A model generated the notes under the pieces. The model had not been told where the DNA came from. It did no database searches and saw only the letters and a list, made by a program, of their open reading frames with translations. Both the position numbers and the translations under genes were made by a program. This document shows, piece after piece, positions 38,867 to 47,943 of a stretch of 64,000 bases of DNA; position 1 is the first letter of the stretch, and the number at the start of each line of letters is the position of its first letter. Origin of the DNA: Clostridia bacterium (GTDB taxonomy: Bacteria; Bacillota; Clostridia; Oscillospirales; Butyricicoccaceae); NCBI GenBank assembly GCA_044426345.1, contig JAWXUP010000002.1, positions 32,017 to 96,016 of the forward strand. The letters are read 5' to 3'.

Positions 38867-39042
38867 TATAGGTTGGGTTAAAATGTGTTTATCCGTGACT
38901 GCACAAAATCAAATACTATTTGTCAAGTTTTTTAAAAACTTGCTATATCCAAACGAGTAGTTTGGTCGCTATCGCAATAGCGAAACACTCCTTTTTCATC
39001 GAATTTTATATTATTTTACGGGCGAACACTGTTCGCCCATAC
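38867..39042. repeat. Decayed REP inverted doublet
   Basis: The left arm TATAGGTTGGGTTAAAATGTGTTTATCCGTGAC is an AT-mutated type-1 copy. The right arm ACGGGCGAACACTGTTCGCCCATAC is nearly intact. Confidence 0.65.
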
Positions 39043-39160
39043 AAATTCGGTGAAATCCAAAAGTGTGACGCAGTCACCAAAACAATAAATTTGCACAAAA
39101 TGAAAAATTTATATCTTTTGGTGAAAAGACTATTTTGAAAATGAGTTTTTCGACAAACTG

Positions 39161-39185
39161 AGGAGACTTTCTAGGTCTCCTTTTT
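39161..39185 (+). terminator. Rho-independent terminator
   Basis: AGGAGAC-TTTCTAG-GTCTCCT followed by TTTTG. Confidence 0.7.
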
Positions 39186-39362
39186 GTGTGAAGAAACAGA
39201 GATACAAGAAGTTATAAGGTTACAAAATATATGATTTAGTTACTTGACTAACATTTTAACAGTGATACTAATTTTTTTGAAAGATAATTGATACAAATAA
39301 CATAATAAATTTCATTTTAGTGATATTTTTTTATTTAAAACTCCAAATTTTGCAATATACAC

Positions 39363-39391
39363 TTGAAATTCTTGCAAAAATATATTATAAT
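39363..39391 (+). promoter_or_regulatory. Sigma-A promoter of putP
   Basis: TTGAAA-17 nt-TATAAT. Confidence 0.65.
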
Positions 39392-39446
39392 ATAAGATAG
39401 TAATGTTTTGGACAAACAAAAGCTAAATTTTAGGAGGGTAAAATTT

Positions 39447-40937
39447 ATGACATCTAGCGTAATTATAGCATTTATAATTTATATGTGCTGTATGATTGGA
39501 ATTGGTGCGTTTTTCTATAAAAGAACAGCCAATGTAAATGACTATTTCTTAGGAGGTAGAAAAATCGGTGCATGGGTAACATCTATGTCGGCTCAGGCAT
39601 CTGATATGAGTGGTTGGTTGTTGATGGGGCTTCCAGGTGCTGCGTATCTTTCAGGTTTATCAGCTTCGTGGATTGCGATTGGTTTAGGTATTGGTACATA
39701 TTTAAACTGGAGAATTGTTGCAAAACGTATTCGTCAGTATACAAAAGTTGCAGGTGATAGTATCACACTTCCTAGCTATTTTAGAAACAGATTCCGTGAT
39801 GAAAAAGGTATTTTAAGTATGGTTTCGGCTATATTCATTATCATCTTTTTCTTAATTTACACAGCATCTGGTTTTGTTAGCTGTGCGAAATTATTCTCAA
39901 CAGTTTTCGGTTTTAATTACACAGCATCTCTTATTATAGGTTGTCTTGTAATTATCTGTTACACTTTTGCAGGTGGTTTCTTTGCGGTTTCTTGGACAGA
40001 CTTTTTCCAAGGTATTTTGATGTTTTTTGCGGTTATCATCGTTCCAGTTGTAGCTTTACGTTCAATTGGTGGTACAGCTGAATTTGCAAGTCAAATCAAT
40101 GCGATAAACACAAATATGTTTAACATCTTTAAAAACCTTGACGGTACAAATTTATCAGCGATTTCAGTAATTTCGCTTTTAGCTTGGGGACTTGGTTATT
40201 GTGGTCAACCACATATCCTTATCCGTTTTATGGGTATTTCTTCACCTGATGAAATCAAAAAATCACGTAGAATAGCTACAGTTTGGGTGGTATTTTCTTT
40301 AACAGCTGCTGTAATTATCGGTATGATTGGTAGAGTTTACCTTACAACTCAACTGGATTCTGTAACATCTGAAACAGTTTATATCTTAATGGTTTCTCAA
40401 GCATTCCCAGGATTCTTAGGTGGTATCTTACTTTGTGCAGTATTAGCATCAATTATGAGTACATCAGATTCACAACTTTTGGTAACAGCCTCTTCAATTA
40501 CTGAAGACTTTTATAAATTATTTGATAAAAAAGTATCTGATAAAAAATTAATGCTTATCGGACGTGGCTCGGTTGTTGTTGTTGCTGTAATTGCTTGTTT
40601 CATCGCATCAGACCCTAACAGTAGCATTTTAGGTCTTGTATCTTATGCGTGGGCTGGATTTGGTGCAACGTTTGGACCTCTTGTAGTTCTTTCTTTATTC
40701 TGGAGAAGAACAACATTAAAAGGTGCGATTGCAGGTGTTGTTTCTGGTGGTATAACAACTATCATTTGGAATCAACTTGCTGTAGTAACAGGCGGTGCAG
40801 GTATTTTTGGTCTATATGAAATCGTTCCAGGTTTCTTAATTTCTTTAGTTTTCATCTACATATTTAGTATAATAGATAAAGAGCCAAGCAAAGAAATTCT
40901 AGACGAATTTGATTCTTACACAAAATGTAACGACTAA
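39447..40937 (+). CDS. putP: Sodium:proline symporter (SSF family)
   Basis: AGGAGGG RBS then ATG 39447; YFLGGRKIGAWVTSMSAQASDMSGWLLMGLPG is a typical PutP N-terminus; about 13 TM segments. Confidence 0.9.
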   Translation: MTSSVIIAFIIYMCCMIGIGAFFYKRTANVNDYFLGGRKIGAWVTSMSAQASDMSGWLLMGLPGAAYLSGLSASWIAIGLGIGTYLNWRIVAKRIRQYTKVAGDSITLPSYFRNRFRDEKGILSMVSAIFIIIFFLIYTASGFVSCAKLFSTVFGFNYTASLIIGCLVIICYTFAGGFFAVSWTDFFQGILMFFAVIIVPVVALRSIGGTAEFASQINAINTNMFNIFKNLDGTNLSAISVISLLAWGLGYCGQPHILIRFMGISSPDEIKKSRRIATVWVVFSLTAAVIIGMIGRVYLTTQLDSVTSETVYILMVSQAFPGFLGGILLCAVLASIMSTSDSQLLVTASSITEDFYKLFDKKVSDKKLMLIGRGSVVVVAVIACFIASDPNSSILGLVSYAWAGFGATFGPLVVLSLFWRRTTLKGAIAGVVSGGITTIIWNQLAVVTGGAGIFGLYEIVPGFLISLVFIYIFSIIDKEPSKEILDEFDSYTKCND

Positions 40938-40944
40938 TTTTAAA

Positions 40945-40975
40945 AGCTGTGGCTTAGGTCACAGCTTATTTTTTT
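40945..40975 (+). terminator. Rho-independent terminator
   Basis: AGCTGTG-GCTTAGGT-CACAGCT followed by TATTTTTTT. Confidence 0.8.
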
Positions 40976-40986
40976 GAGAGGATTAT

Positions 40987-41835
40987 ATGAAAAAATTTCT
41001 AAGTTTATTAATAGTTGTCATTCTAACGGTAGCAACGTATATCTCGGACTTACCAGAAACTGATACAACTTACGTCGATACTGTTGTAAATGAGATGACA
41101 GCAGGTACAAAAGTTTGCTTTATAGATGTTCAGCAAGGCGATAGTAGCCTAATAATTACAGGCAATCAAGCTATTTTGATTGATGGTGGTAGAAATGCAG
41201 ATGAGACTAATGTCTGCGAATTTATTAGCGAGCAGGGTATAGAGAGCATTGATTTAGTAATCGCAACACATCCTCACGAGGACCATATTGGTGGGCTTGA
41301 CGCAGTTATTGAAAATTTTGTTGTATCAAAGCTTTTAATGCCAGATGTACCATACAATACGCAAACTTATGAAGATGTAATTACTGCAGCTGATGAAAAC
41401 AACACGGACATAATTTATCCTGAAGATAATAATTTTTTCGAATTTGATAGTGGACTAACACTCACTGTGCTTTTGCCTTCGGAGGATTTTGAAAGCTCGG
41501 ATACAAATGATGACTCAATAGTATGTCGAGTAGTAATAGGCGAAACTAGCATCTTCTATACAGGAGATATGGAATATAAACTTGAAGAAGAACTTATGTC
41601 TCAAGTACAGCAATCAGATATACTTAAAGTTGGTCATCACGGAAGCGATACATCAACGACAGAGGAATTCTTAGATAAAGTAAATCCTTCCATAGCAATT
41701 ATATCTTGTGGTTTTGCTAACAAATACGGGCACCCACATGCAGATGTTATAGATCGCTTAACAGCTAGAGGAATTGAAATTCGTCAAACACAATATGAAG
41801 GTGATGTTATATTTGAATTTGATGCTGTGGTATAA
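40987..41835 (+). CDS. Secreted MBL-fold metallo-hydrolase (ComEC C-terminal-domain-like)
   Basis: N-terminal signal/anchor; HPHEDHIGG metal motif; GHHGS. Confidence 0.8.
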   Translation: MKKFLSLLIVVILTVATYISDLPETDTTYVDTVVNEMTAGTKVCFIDVQQGDSSLIITGNQAILIDGGRNADETNVCEFISEQGIESIDLVIATHPHEDHIGGLDAVIENFVVSKLLMPDVPYNTQTYEDVITAADENNTDIIYPEDNNFFEFDSGLTLTVLLPSEDFESSDTNDDSIVCRVVIGETSIFYTGDMEYKLEEELMSQVQQSDILKVGHHGSDTSTTEEFLDKVNPSIAIISCGFANKYGHPHADVIDRLTARGIEIRQTQYEGDVIFEFDAVV

Positions 41836-41890
41836 AATGTCGCTACATAAAAAATAATGAACTCACTAATTACAACATTTCTCAGTTTGA

Positions 41891-41927
41891 GCGGATAACT
41901 ACTTATTATTTGGGTTATCTGCTTTTT
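41891..41927 (+). terminator. Rho-independent terminator
   Basis: GCGGATAAC...GTTATCTGC followed by TTTTT. Confidence 0.7.
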
Positions 41928-41947
41928 CTATGCCTAAACGCAAAATT

Positions 41948-41973
41948 GGCGTGAAATCCGAAGACTTCACACC
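41948..41973 (-). terminator. Minus-strand terminator of the amt gene
   Basis: Minus strand reads GGTGTGAAGTC-TTCG-GATTTCACGCC, with G-U pairs that work only in this orientation, then AATTTTG. Confidence 0.6.
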
Positions 41974-42009
41974 AACTCTGCTGTATTAAATTTATTAAGG
42001 GTAGGCTAT

Positions 42010-43707
42010 TTATTCTTCATCTTGAAGAGCATCGTAATCTTCTTCGCCTGTTCTGATTTTTACAACATTTGTAATGTCATATACGAAGATTTTACCGTCG
42101 CCGATTTTACCAGTATATAAAGATTTTTTGATAGTTGTAACGATTGTATCAAGAGGTATTTTAGCGATAACAATTTCAACTTTAACTTTTGGTTGCAATA
42201 CAGTTTCAACAGATGTACCACGATATGTAGAAGTAGAACCTTTTTGCATACCATAACCTAAAACTTGAGTAACTGTCATACCAGTGATACCGATGGCATC
42301 AAGAGCATTTTTAAGTTTTTCAAATTTTTCTTGTTTAGTAACAACAACGATTTTACGCATTTGAGCATCTGGGTGAGATTTATTTGAAACTGGAATAGCA
42401 ACTTCAGAAGGAATTTGAATTTCTTCTTCAACCATTGCTGATGTTGAACCTAAGTTCATAGGGATTGGCATAAAGTCTGCGTATGAAGTAGCAAGACCGT
42501 GTTCTGTAGAGTCAAGACCAAGAACTTCTTCTTCAGCTGTAACACGTAAGCCGTGGAATTTTTTGATGCAGTAGAAAGCGATAGAAATTGTAACAACTGT
42601 CCATGCAACAACTGCACAGATACCGATTAATTGAATCACGAATAAGCTAATACCACCACCGTAGAATAAACCACCGTCAACAGCGAATAGACCTACTGCA
42701 AGTGTACCCCAGATACCGTTTACACCGTGAACTGCGATAGCACCAACTGGATCATCGATTTTTAGTTTGATGTCGATAAATTCAACAGCAACAACAACTA
42801 AGATACCAGCAACTAAACCAACCATTAAAGCACCGAAAGCATCTAAAGTAGCACAACCTGCTGTGATACCAACAAGACCGGCAAGAGAAGCATTTAGTGT
42901 CATAGAAACGTCTGGTTTACCATTTTTAATCCAAGTGAAAGCCATAGTAGTAACTGATGCAACAGCAGGAGCTACTGTAGTAGTTAAGAAAATAGAACCT
43001 AAACCGCCAACGCCTTCTAAAGCAGTTGCAGCAGCGCCATTAAATCCATACCAACCAAACCAAAGAATGAATACACCAAGAGCACCTAAAGTTAAGTTAT
43101 GTCCTGGGAAAGCTTTAACTTCAACTTCGCCAGTTTTAGGATTTTTAACATATTTACCAATACGAGGTCCTAAGAATAATACGCCGATTAAAGCTGATAC
43201 ACCACCAACTGTGTGGATTGCTGCCGAACCTGCAAAGTCGATAAAGCCCATTTGACATAACCAACCTTCAGCATTCCAAATCCAACCAGCTTCGATTGGG
43301 TAGATAACAGCACTTAAAATACCACTGTAGAATAAGTATGCACTAAATTTAGTACGTTCTGCCATAGCACCTGAAACGATTGTTGCAGTTGTAGCACAGA
43401 ATACTAAGTTAAATACGAAAGAAGACCAAGGGAAATTTGCGTAGTCAGAGAAGATATTCAAGTTTGGCATACCGATGATACCCATGATATAATCTTCGCT
43501 CATCATAATTGTAAAACCTATGAATGTGAACATTACTGTACCTAAACAGAAGTCCATAAGGTTTTTCATAATGATATTACCTGCGTTTTTTGCTCTTGTA
43601 AAACCAGTTTCAACCATTGCGAAACCAGCTTGCATAAAGAATACTAGTGCGGCACCTATAAGGAACCATACACCATATAATTCTGACATTACTGATGCTG
43701 CGTCCAT
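42010..43707 (-). CDS. amt: Ammonium transporter (Amt) fused to a C-terminal P-II (GlnB/GlnK-like) domain
   Basis: Amt core ([22 protein letters not shown]). Residues about 450-565 read [13 protein letters not shown]...[14 protein letters not shown]...GDGKIFV, a complete P-II fold (nt 42013-42360). Confidence 0.9.
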   Translation of the reverse strand: MDAASVMSELYGVWFLIGAALVFFMQAGFAMVETGFTRAKNAGNIIMKNLMDFCLGTVMFTFIGFTIMMSEDYIMGIIGMPNLNIFSDYANFPWSSFVFNLVFCATTATIVSGAMAERTKFSAYLFYSGILSAVIYPIEAGWIWNAEGWLCQMGFIDFAGSAAIHTVGGVSALIGVLFLGPRIGKYVKNPKTGEVEVKAFPGHNLTLGALGVFILWFGWYGFNGAAATALEGVGGLGSIFLTTTVAPAVASVTTMAFTWIKNGKPDVSMTLNASLAGLVGITAGCATLDAFGALMVGLVAGILVVVAVEFIDIKLKIDDPVGAIAVHGVNGIWGTLAVGLFAVDGGLFYGGGISLFVIQLIGICAVVAWTVVTISIAFYCIKKFHGLRVTAEEEVLGLDSTEHGLATSYADFMPIPMNLGSTSAMVEEEIQIPSEVAIPVSNKSHPDAQMRKIVVVTKQEKFEKLKNALDAIGITGMTVTQVLGYGMQKGSTSTYRGTSVETVLQPKVKVEIVIAKIPLDTIVTTIKKSLYTGKIGDGKIFVYDITNVVKIRTGEEDYDALQDEE

Positions 43708-43758
43708 AATAATTTCCTCCTAAGAAAAATGTTAATTTAGTTATCAATTTGCGAATAC

Positions 43759-43783
43759 AAATTATTTCCTCATCAAATAATTT
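43759..43783 (-). promoter_or_regulatory. Hairpin 2 of a twin-hairpin RNA element upstream of amt
   Basis: Minus strand reads AAATTATT-TGATGAGGA-AATAATTT. Its loop is identical to that of the hairpin at 43809-43834. Confidence 0.5.
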
Positions 43784-43787
43784 ATAT

Positions 43788-43848
43788 CAGAAAAGGGTGT
43801 ATCTAAAGACTATAATTCCTCATCAAATTATAGTTTTAAATACACCCC
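43788..43848 (-). terminator. glnN terminator / intercistronic attenuator before amt; its apex is twin hairpin 1
   Basis: Minus strand reads GGGTGTAT..ACTATAATT-TGATGAGG-AATTATAGT..ATACACCC followed by TTTTCT. I see no promoter between it and amt. Confidence 0.65.
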
Positions 43849-43880
43849 ATTGTGTTATTTAATTTGCGTGCAATATTAAA

Positions 43881-45968
43881 TTAGTTTACGCTGTAAAGGA
43901 TTTCTGCGTATGTAGGTAAGCTCCAGTGTTTTTTAGGAACCATCATTTCAAGTTTATCAACTTCTGCACGAACTTCTGTAGTTAACATATAAACTGTGTG
44001 ACGGAAGTACTCTGCAAGTTCTAAAGTTTCTTCGATGTCACCAGCAGCAACAACAGCAGATTCAAGTTCTTCAAGTTTAGCATACATAGCAGTTGTAGTA
44101 GCTGAAACTTCTGTAGCTAAAGATATATCTAAATCAGCGTTGATACCAGCAGCTTTTTTACCAGCGATTAAGCCAAGTAATTCAGCTTGGTAAGACATAG
44201 ATGAAGGAGAGATTTCTTTTTTAACAAGGTCGATTAGCGTTAAAGCTTCGATGTTGATAGTTTTTAAGTATCCTTCAAGCATGATTTCACAACGAGAGTG
44301 AACTTCAGCTGCGGTGAAAACGTGGTGTTTCTCAAATACTGCAACATTTTTTGGAAGGATAAATGTTGGTAATGCATCAACTGTAGTTTTGAGGTTAAGA
44401 AGACCACGTTTTTCAGCTTCAATAACCCACTCATCTGAATAGTTATTACCGTTGAAAATAATTTGTTTGTTTTCTTTGATTGTTTTACGAACAAGTACTT
44501 TTAAAGCAGCTTCGAAATCTTCTGCAACTTCTAATTCGTCAGCAAAGATATTTAAAACTTCAGCAACGATTGTGTTTAAGATAATGTTTGGACCAGAAAT
44601 TGAGAAAGTAGAACCTAACATACGGAATTCAAATTTGTTACCAGTGAAAGCGAATGGAGAAGTTCTGTTACGGTCTGTAGTATCTTTAGGGAAGTGTGGA
44701 AGAACAGTAGAGCCAAGTTCCATTTGCATACGTGCAATATCTTGGTATTCAGCGTCTGCTTCTAAAGCGTCGATGATTTGTGCAAGTTCGTCACCTAAGA
44801 ACATAGATACGATTGCAGGAGGTGCTTCGTTAGCGCCTAGACGGTGGTCATTACCAGCGTTTGCAACAGATAAACGAAGTAAATCTTGATATTCGTTTAC
44901 AGCTTTGATAACTGCAACTAAGAATAACACGAATTGAGCATTTTCGTAAGGAGTTTCACCTGGTTCTAAAAGGTTTAAACCAGTGTCTGTAGAAAGTGAC
45001 CAGTTGTTATGTTTACCAGAACCGTTAACACCAGCGAATGGTTTTTCGTGAAGTAAGCAAGCTAAACCGTGACGGTCTGCAACTGATTTCATAAGTTCCA
45101 TTGTAAGTTGGTTGTGGTCTGTAGCGATATTTGTAGTAGTGAAGATTGGAGCAAGCTCGTGTTGAGCAGGAGCAACTTCGTTATGTTTTGTTTTAGCTAG
45201 GATACCAAGTTTCCAAAGTTCAGCGTCTAAATCTTTCATATAAGCTGAAACTCTAGATTTTAAAGTACCGAAGTAGTGATCGTCTAGTTCTTGACCTTTT
45301 GGAGGGCGAGCACCGAATAATGTTCTACCTGTGTACATAAGGTCAGGACGAGCTAACCACATTTCTTTATCAATTAAGAAATATTCTTGTTCTGGGCCTA
45401 CTGTAGAGTTTACTTTAGTAGCTGTAGTGTTACCGAATAAACGTAAAATTCTAAGTGCTTGAGTATTTACAGCGTCCATAGAACGAAGAAGTGGAGTTTT
45501 TTTGTCAAGTGCTTCACCAGAATATGAGCAGAAAGCAGTTGGGATACATAAAGTACCATCTTTAATGAAAGCGTAAGAAGTAGTGTCCCAAACTGTGTAA
45601 CCACGAGCTTCGAAAGTACTTCTAATACCACCATTTGGGAAAGAAGATGCATCAGGTTCGCCTCTTACAAGTTCTTTACCAGAGAATTCCATCATAATGT
45701 TGCCATCGTTAGTTGGAGAGATAAAGCTATCGTGTTTTTCAGCAGTGATACCTGTCATTGGTTGGAACCAGTGAGTAAAGTGAGTAGCACCTTTTTCGAT
45801 TGCCCAGTCTTTCATAGCTGCTGCAACAACGTCAGCGATGTCAGCTTCAAGATATGTACCTTGTGCGATTGATCTTTTTAGAGATTTGTAAGCGTCTTTT
45901 GGTAATTTGTTTTTCATTACTGTGTCATTGAAAACCATGCTACCAAATAATTCAGGAATTTGTTTCAT
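43881..45968 (-). CDS. glnN: Glutamine synthetase type III
   Basis: 695 aa; the N-terminus [15 protein letters not shown]...[12 protein letters not shown] is characteristic of GSIII. Confidence 0.9.
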   Translation of the reverse strand: MKQIPELFGSMVFNDTVMKNKLPKDAYKSLKRSIAQGTYLEADIADVVAAAMKDWAIEKGATHFTHWFQPMTGITAEKHDSFISPTNDGNIMMEFSGKELVRGEPDASSFPNGGIRSTFEARGYTVWDTTSYAFIKDGTLCIPTAFCSYSGEALDKKTPLLRSMDAVNTQALRILRLFGNTTATKVNSTVGPEQEYFLIDKEMWLARPDLMYTGRTLFGARPPKGQELDDHYFGTLKSRVSAYMKDLDAELWKLGILAKTKHNEVAPAQHELAPIFTTTNIATDHNQLTMELMKSVADRHGLACLLHEKPFAGVNGSGKHNNWSLSTDTGLNLLEPGETPYENAQFVLFLVAVIKAVNEYQDLLRLSVANAGNDHRLGANEAPPAIVSMFLGDELAQIIDALEADAEYQDIARMQMELGSTVLPHFPKDTTDRNRTSPFAFTGNKFEFRMLGSTFSISGPNIILNTIVAEVLNIFADELEVAEDFEAALKVLVRKTIKENKQIIFNGNNYSDEWVIEAEKRGLLNLKTTVDALPTFILPKNVAVFEKHHVFTAAEVHSRCEIMLEGYLKTINIEALTLIDLVKKEISPSSMSYQAELLGLIAGKKAAGINADLDISLATEVSATTTAMYAKLEELESAVVAAGDIEETLELAEYFRHTVYMLTTEVRAEVDKLEMMVPKKHWSLPTYAEILYSVN

Positions 45969-46070
45969 ATGGATATTTCCCCCTTATAAAATTTAAAGCC
46001 CAATACAAAGAGCCTTTTTGAAATTTGAACAATAACCGATTGATTATTGCTTTTTTCGCTTAAAAAAACG

Positions 46071-46110
46071 AAAAAAGGGGTTGCGAACCGTACTACAGTT
46101 CACAACGCCC
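46071..46110 (-). terminator. Leader terminator about 10 nt after the predicted glnN transcription start
   Basis: Minus strand reads GGGCGTTGTGAAC-TGTAGTAC-GGTTCGCAACCCC followed by TTTTTT. Confidence 0.6.
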
Positions 46111-46127
46111 TTGTTGTTTATGTATGT

Positions 46128-46156
46128 ATTATATGATATGCAAGATGTTTTGTCAA
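46128..46156 (-). promoter_or_regulatory. Consensus sigma-A promoter of glnN
   Basis: Minus strand reads TTGACA-17 nt-TATAAT. Confidence 0.7.
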
Positions 46157-46444
46157 CGGTTTTTAAATAAAAAAATTAAAAAAAGGGTTTTGTACAATTT
46201 TTACAGAATTAGCTATATGTTTTTTGGTTATAATTTACAAATATGATTTTGCCGTTATCACGGTGAGCGTAAGTCCTTGGCATATGTTTTGATGTATTTT
46301 AAAATAGCTATGCATATTTTTGAACAGAACGTCGAGGACATAAAATGAAAAAAATGGATTAAAACCACTACAAAAAAATCAATAATAACGCATTATATAA
46401 ATAAATTTCGATAAAAAAACGGACATTTTATACACTTTATCTAA

Positions 46445-46473
46445 TTGACAAAAAAACTAAAATATTGTATAAT
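46445..46473 (+). promoter_or_regulatory. Consensus sigma-A promoter of glnA
   Basis: TTGACA-17 nt-TATAAT. Confidence 0.7.
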
Positions 46474-46480
46474 ATTTTAG

Positions 46481-46591
46481 TGAACAAAGGCGTTCATCAA
46501 ATAATGTAAGGTACGTTAAAAAAAACGATTTTTTTAGGAAAATCGTTTAAAACAGACCATTTTGCAGTGTTTGATGAGCGTCTTTATTATT
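46481..46591 (+). promoter_or_regulatory. Structured glnA 5' leader: two small AAGG-loop hairpins competing with a 14-bp long-range helix plus a U-rich tract
   Basis: P1 TGAAC-AAAGGC-GTTCA (46481-96); P2 AATGT-AAGGT-ACGTT (46503-17). AGGCGTTCATCAAA (46488-501) pairs with TTTGATGAGCGTCT (46570-83), followed by TTATTATT. Confidence 0.45.
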
Positions 46592-46604
46592 AAGGAGGGA
46601 AAAA

Positions 46605-47912
46605 ATGTCAACTACTATTAAGGATATTATGTCTTTTGTAAAGGAAAACGATGTGAAGTTTATAAGACTTGCATTTTGTGACCCTTTTGGTGTGCATAAA
46701 AATATTTCAATTATGTCTGACGAACTTGAATCAGCTTTTATAGATGGTGTTTCTTTTGATGCTTCGGCTATAGATGGTTTTGCAGATGTTGCCCAGTCGG
46801 ATTTGTTACTAATTCCAGATCCTTCAACTTTAACAGTACTTCCTTGGCGTCCATATCCTGGACGCGTTATTCGTTTTTACTGTAAAGTTACATATTTAGA
46901 CAAAACTCCGTTTGAGGCTGACAGTCGCCATATTTTAAAACAGGCACTTGTTCGTGCTAGTCAAATGGGATATGCTTGCGATATTGGTTCAAAATGCGAA
47001 TTTTATTTGTTTAAAACAAATGAAGATGGCGAGCCTACCAAAATTACATTAGATCAAGGTGGTTTCTTTGATATTTCTCCTCTAGATAAAGGCGAAGATA
47101 TTAGGCGTGAAATTTGTCTATATCTTGAAGAAATGGGATTAAATCCTGAAAATTCACATCATGAAAAAGGTCCTGGACAAAATGAAATTGATTTCAAAAG
47201 TTCAGATGCCTTAACTGCAGCGGACAATTTATTAACGTTTAAATCTGCGGTAAAATCAATTGCAGAGAGAAACGGTTTGTATGCCTCATTTATGCCAAAA
47301 CCTCTTTTGAATGAAAGTGGAAGTGGACTTCATATAAATCTATCATTATATAACCGAGGCGTAAATATATTTAAAGATATAGAGGGAAATAAGGCTGGAA
47401 GAAGTTTTGTTGAAGGCGTGTTGCAAAAAACTGCTGAGATGACATTGTTTTTAAATCCGATTATAAATTCTTACGAACGCTTAGGTAAATGCGAAGCTCC
47501 AACTTATGTTTCTTGGTCAAGACAAAATCGTTCGCATTTAATTAGAATGCCGATTAAAAGCGAGGAATTAAGCTATATGGAATTACGTTCGCCAGACTCT
47601 TCTGTAAATCCTTATATTGCATTTGCGCTTATAATTCACGCTGGTTTAGATGGTATAGAACAAAAATTAGAGCTACGTGATGCATCTACACAAAATTTAT
47701 ACATTGAAAATGATACTAAAGATTTGCAAAGCATACCAAACACTTTATCTAAAGCACTTGAAGTAGCAAAAGCTAGTGAATTTATTTCGAATTACTTAGA
47801 TGAGAATATGCTTTCTAAATATTTTGATGCAAAAGAAAAAGAAATTTTAGAGTTAGAAAAATCAACGGGTAGGGAAGATTTTTATGCTCAGAAATATTTT
47901 AAAAAAATCTAG
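46605..47912 (+). CDS. glnA: Glutamine synthetase type I
   Basis: AGGAGGG RBS; DVKFIRLAFCDPFG, KPLLNESGSGLHINLS, NPYIAFA motifs; 435 aa. Confidence 0.92.
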   Translation: MSTTIKDIMSFVKENDVKFIRLAFCDPFGVHKNISIMSDELESAFIDGVSFDASAIDGFADVAQSDLLLIPDPSTLTVLPWRPYPGRVIRFYCKVTYLDKTPFEADSRHILKQALVRASQMGYACDIGSKCEFYLFKTNEDGEPTKITLDQGGFFDISPLDKGEDIRREICLYLEEMGLNPENSHHEKGPGQNEIDFKSSDALTAADNLLTFKSAVKSIAERNGLYASFMPKPLLNESGSGLHINLSLYNRGVNIFKDIEGNKAGRSFVEGVLQKTAEMTLFLNPIINSYERLGKCEAPTYVSWSRQNRSHLIRMPIKSEELSYMELRSPDSSVNPYIAFALIIHAGLDGIEQKLELRDASTQNLYIENDTKDLQSIPNTLSKALEVAKASEFISNYLDENMLSKYFDAKEKEILELEKSTGREDFYAQKYFKKI

Positions 47913-47943
47913 ATGAGATAATTTTGTATTAAAATTAAGAAGG

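Noticed and set aside
43759-43834. Hammerhead ribozyme core, suggested by UGAUGAG strings.
   Set aside because: Only the UGAUGAG heptamer matches. There is no stem II followed by GAAA and no three-way junction or cleavage-site context, and the motif sits in hairpin loops.
46322-46342. An additional type-2 repeat copy (AACGTCGAGGACAT) in the glnN/glnA divergent region.
   Set aside because: Only about 11 nt of the core match, with no GTAGGG head or complementary stem. It is too short to separate from chance or from an extremely decayed relic.
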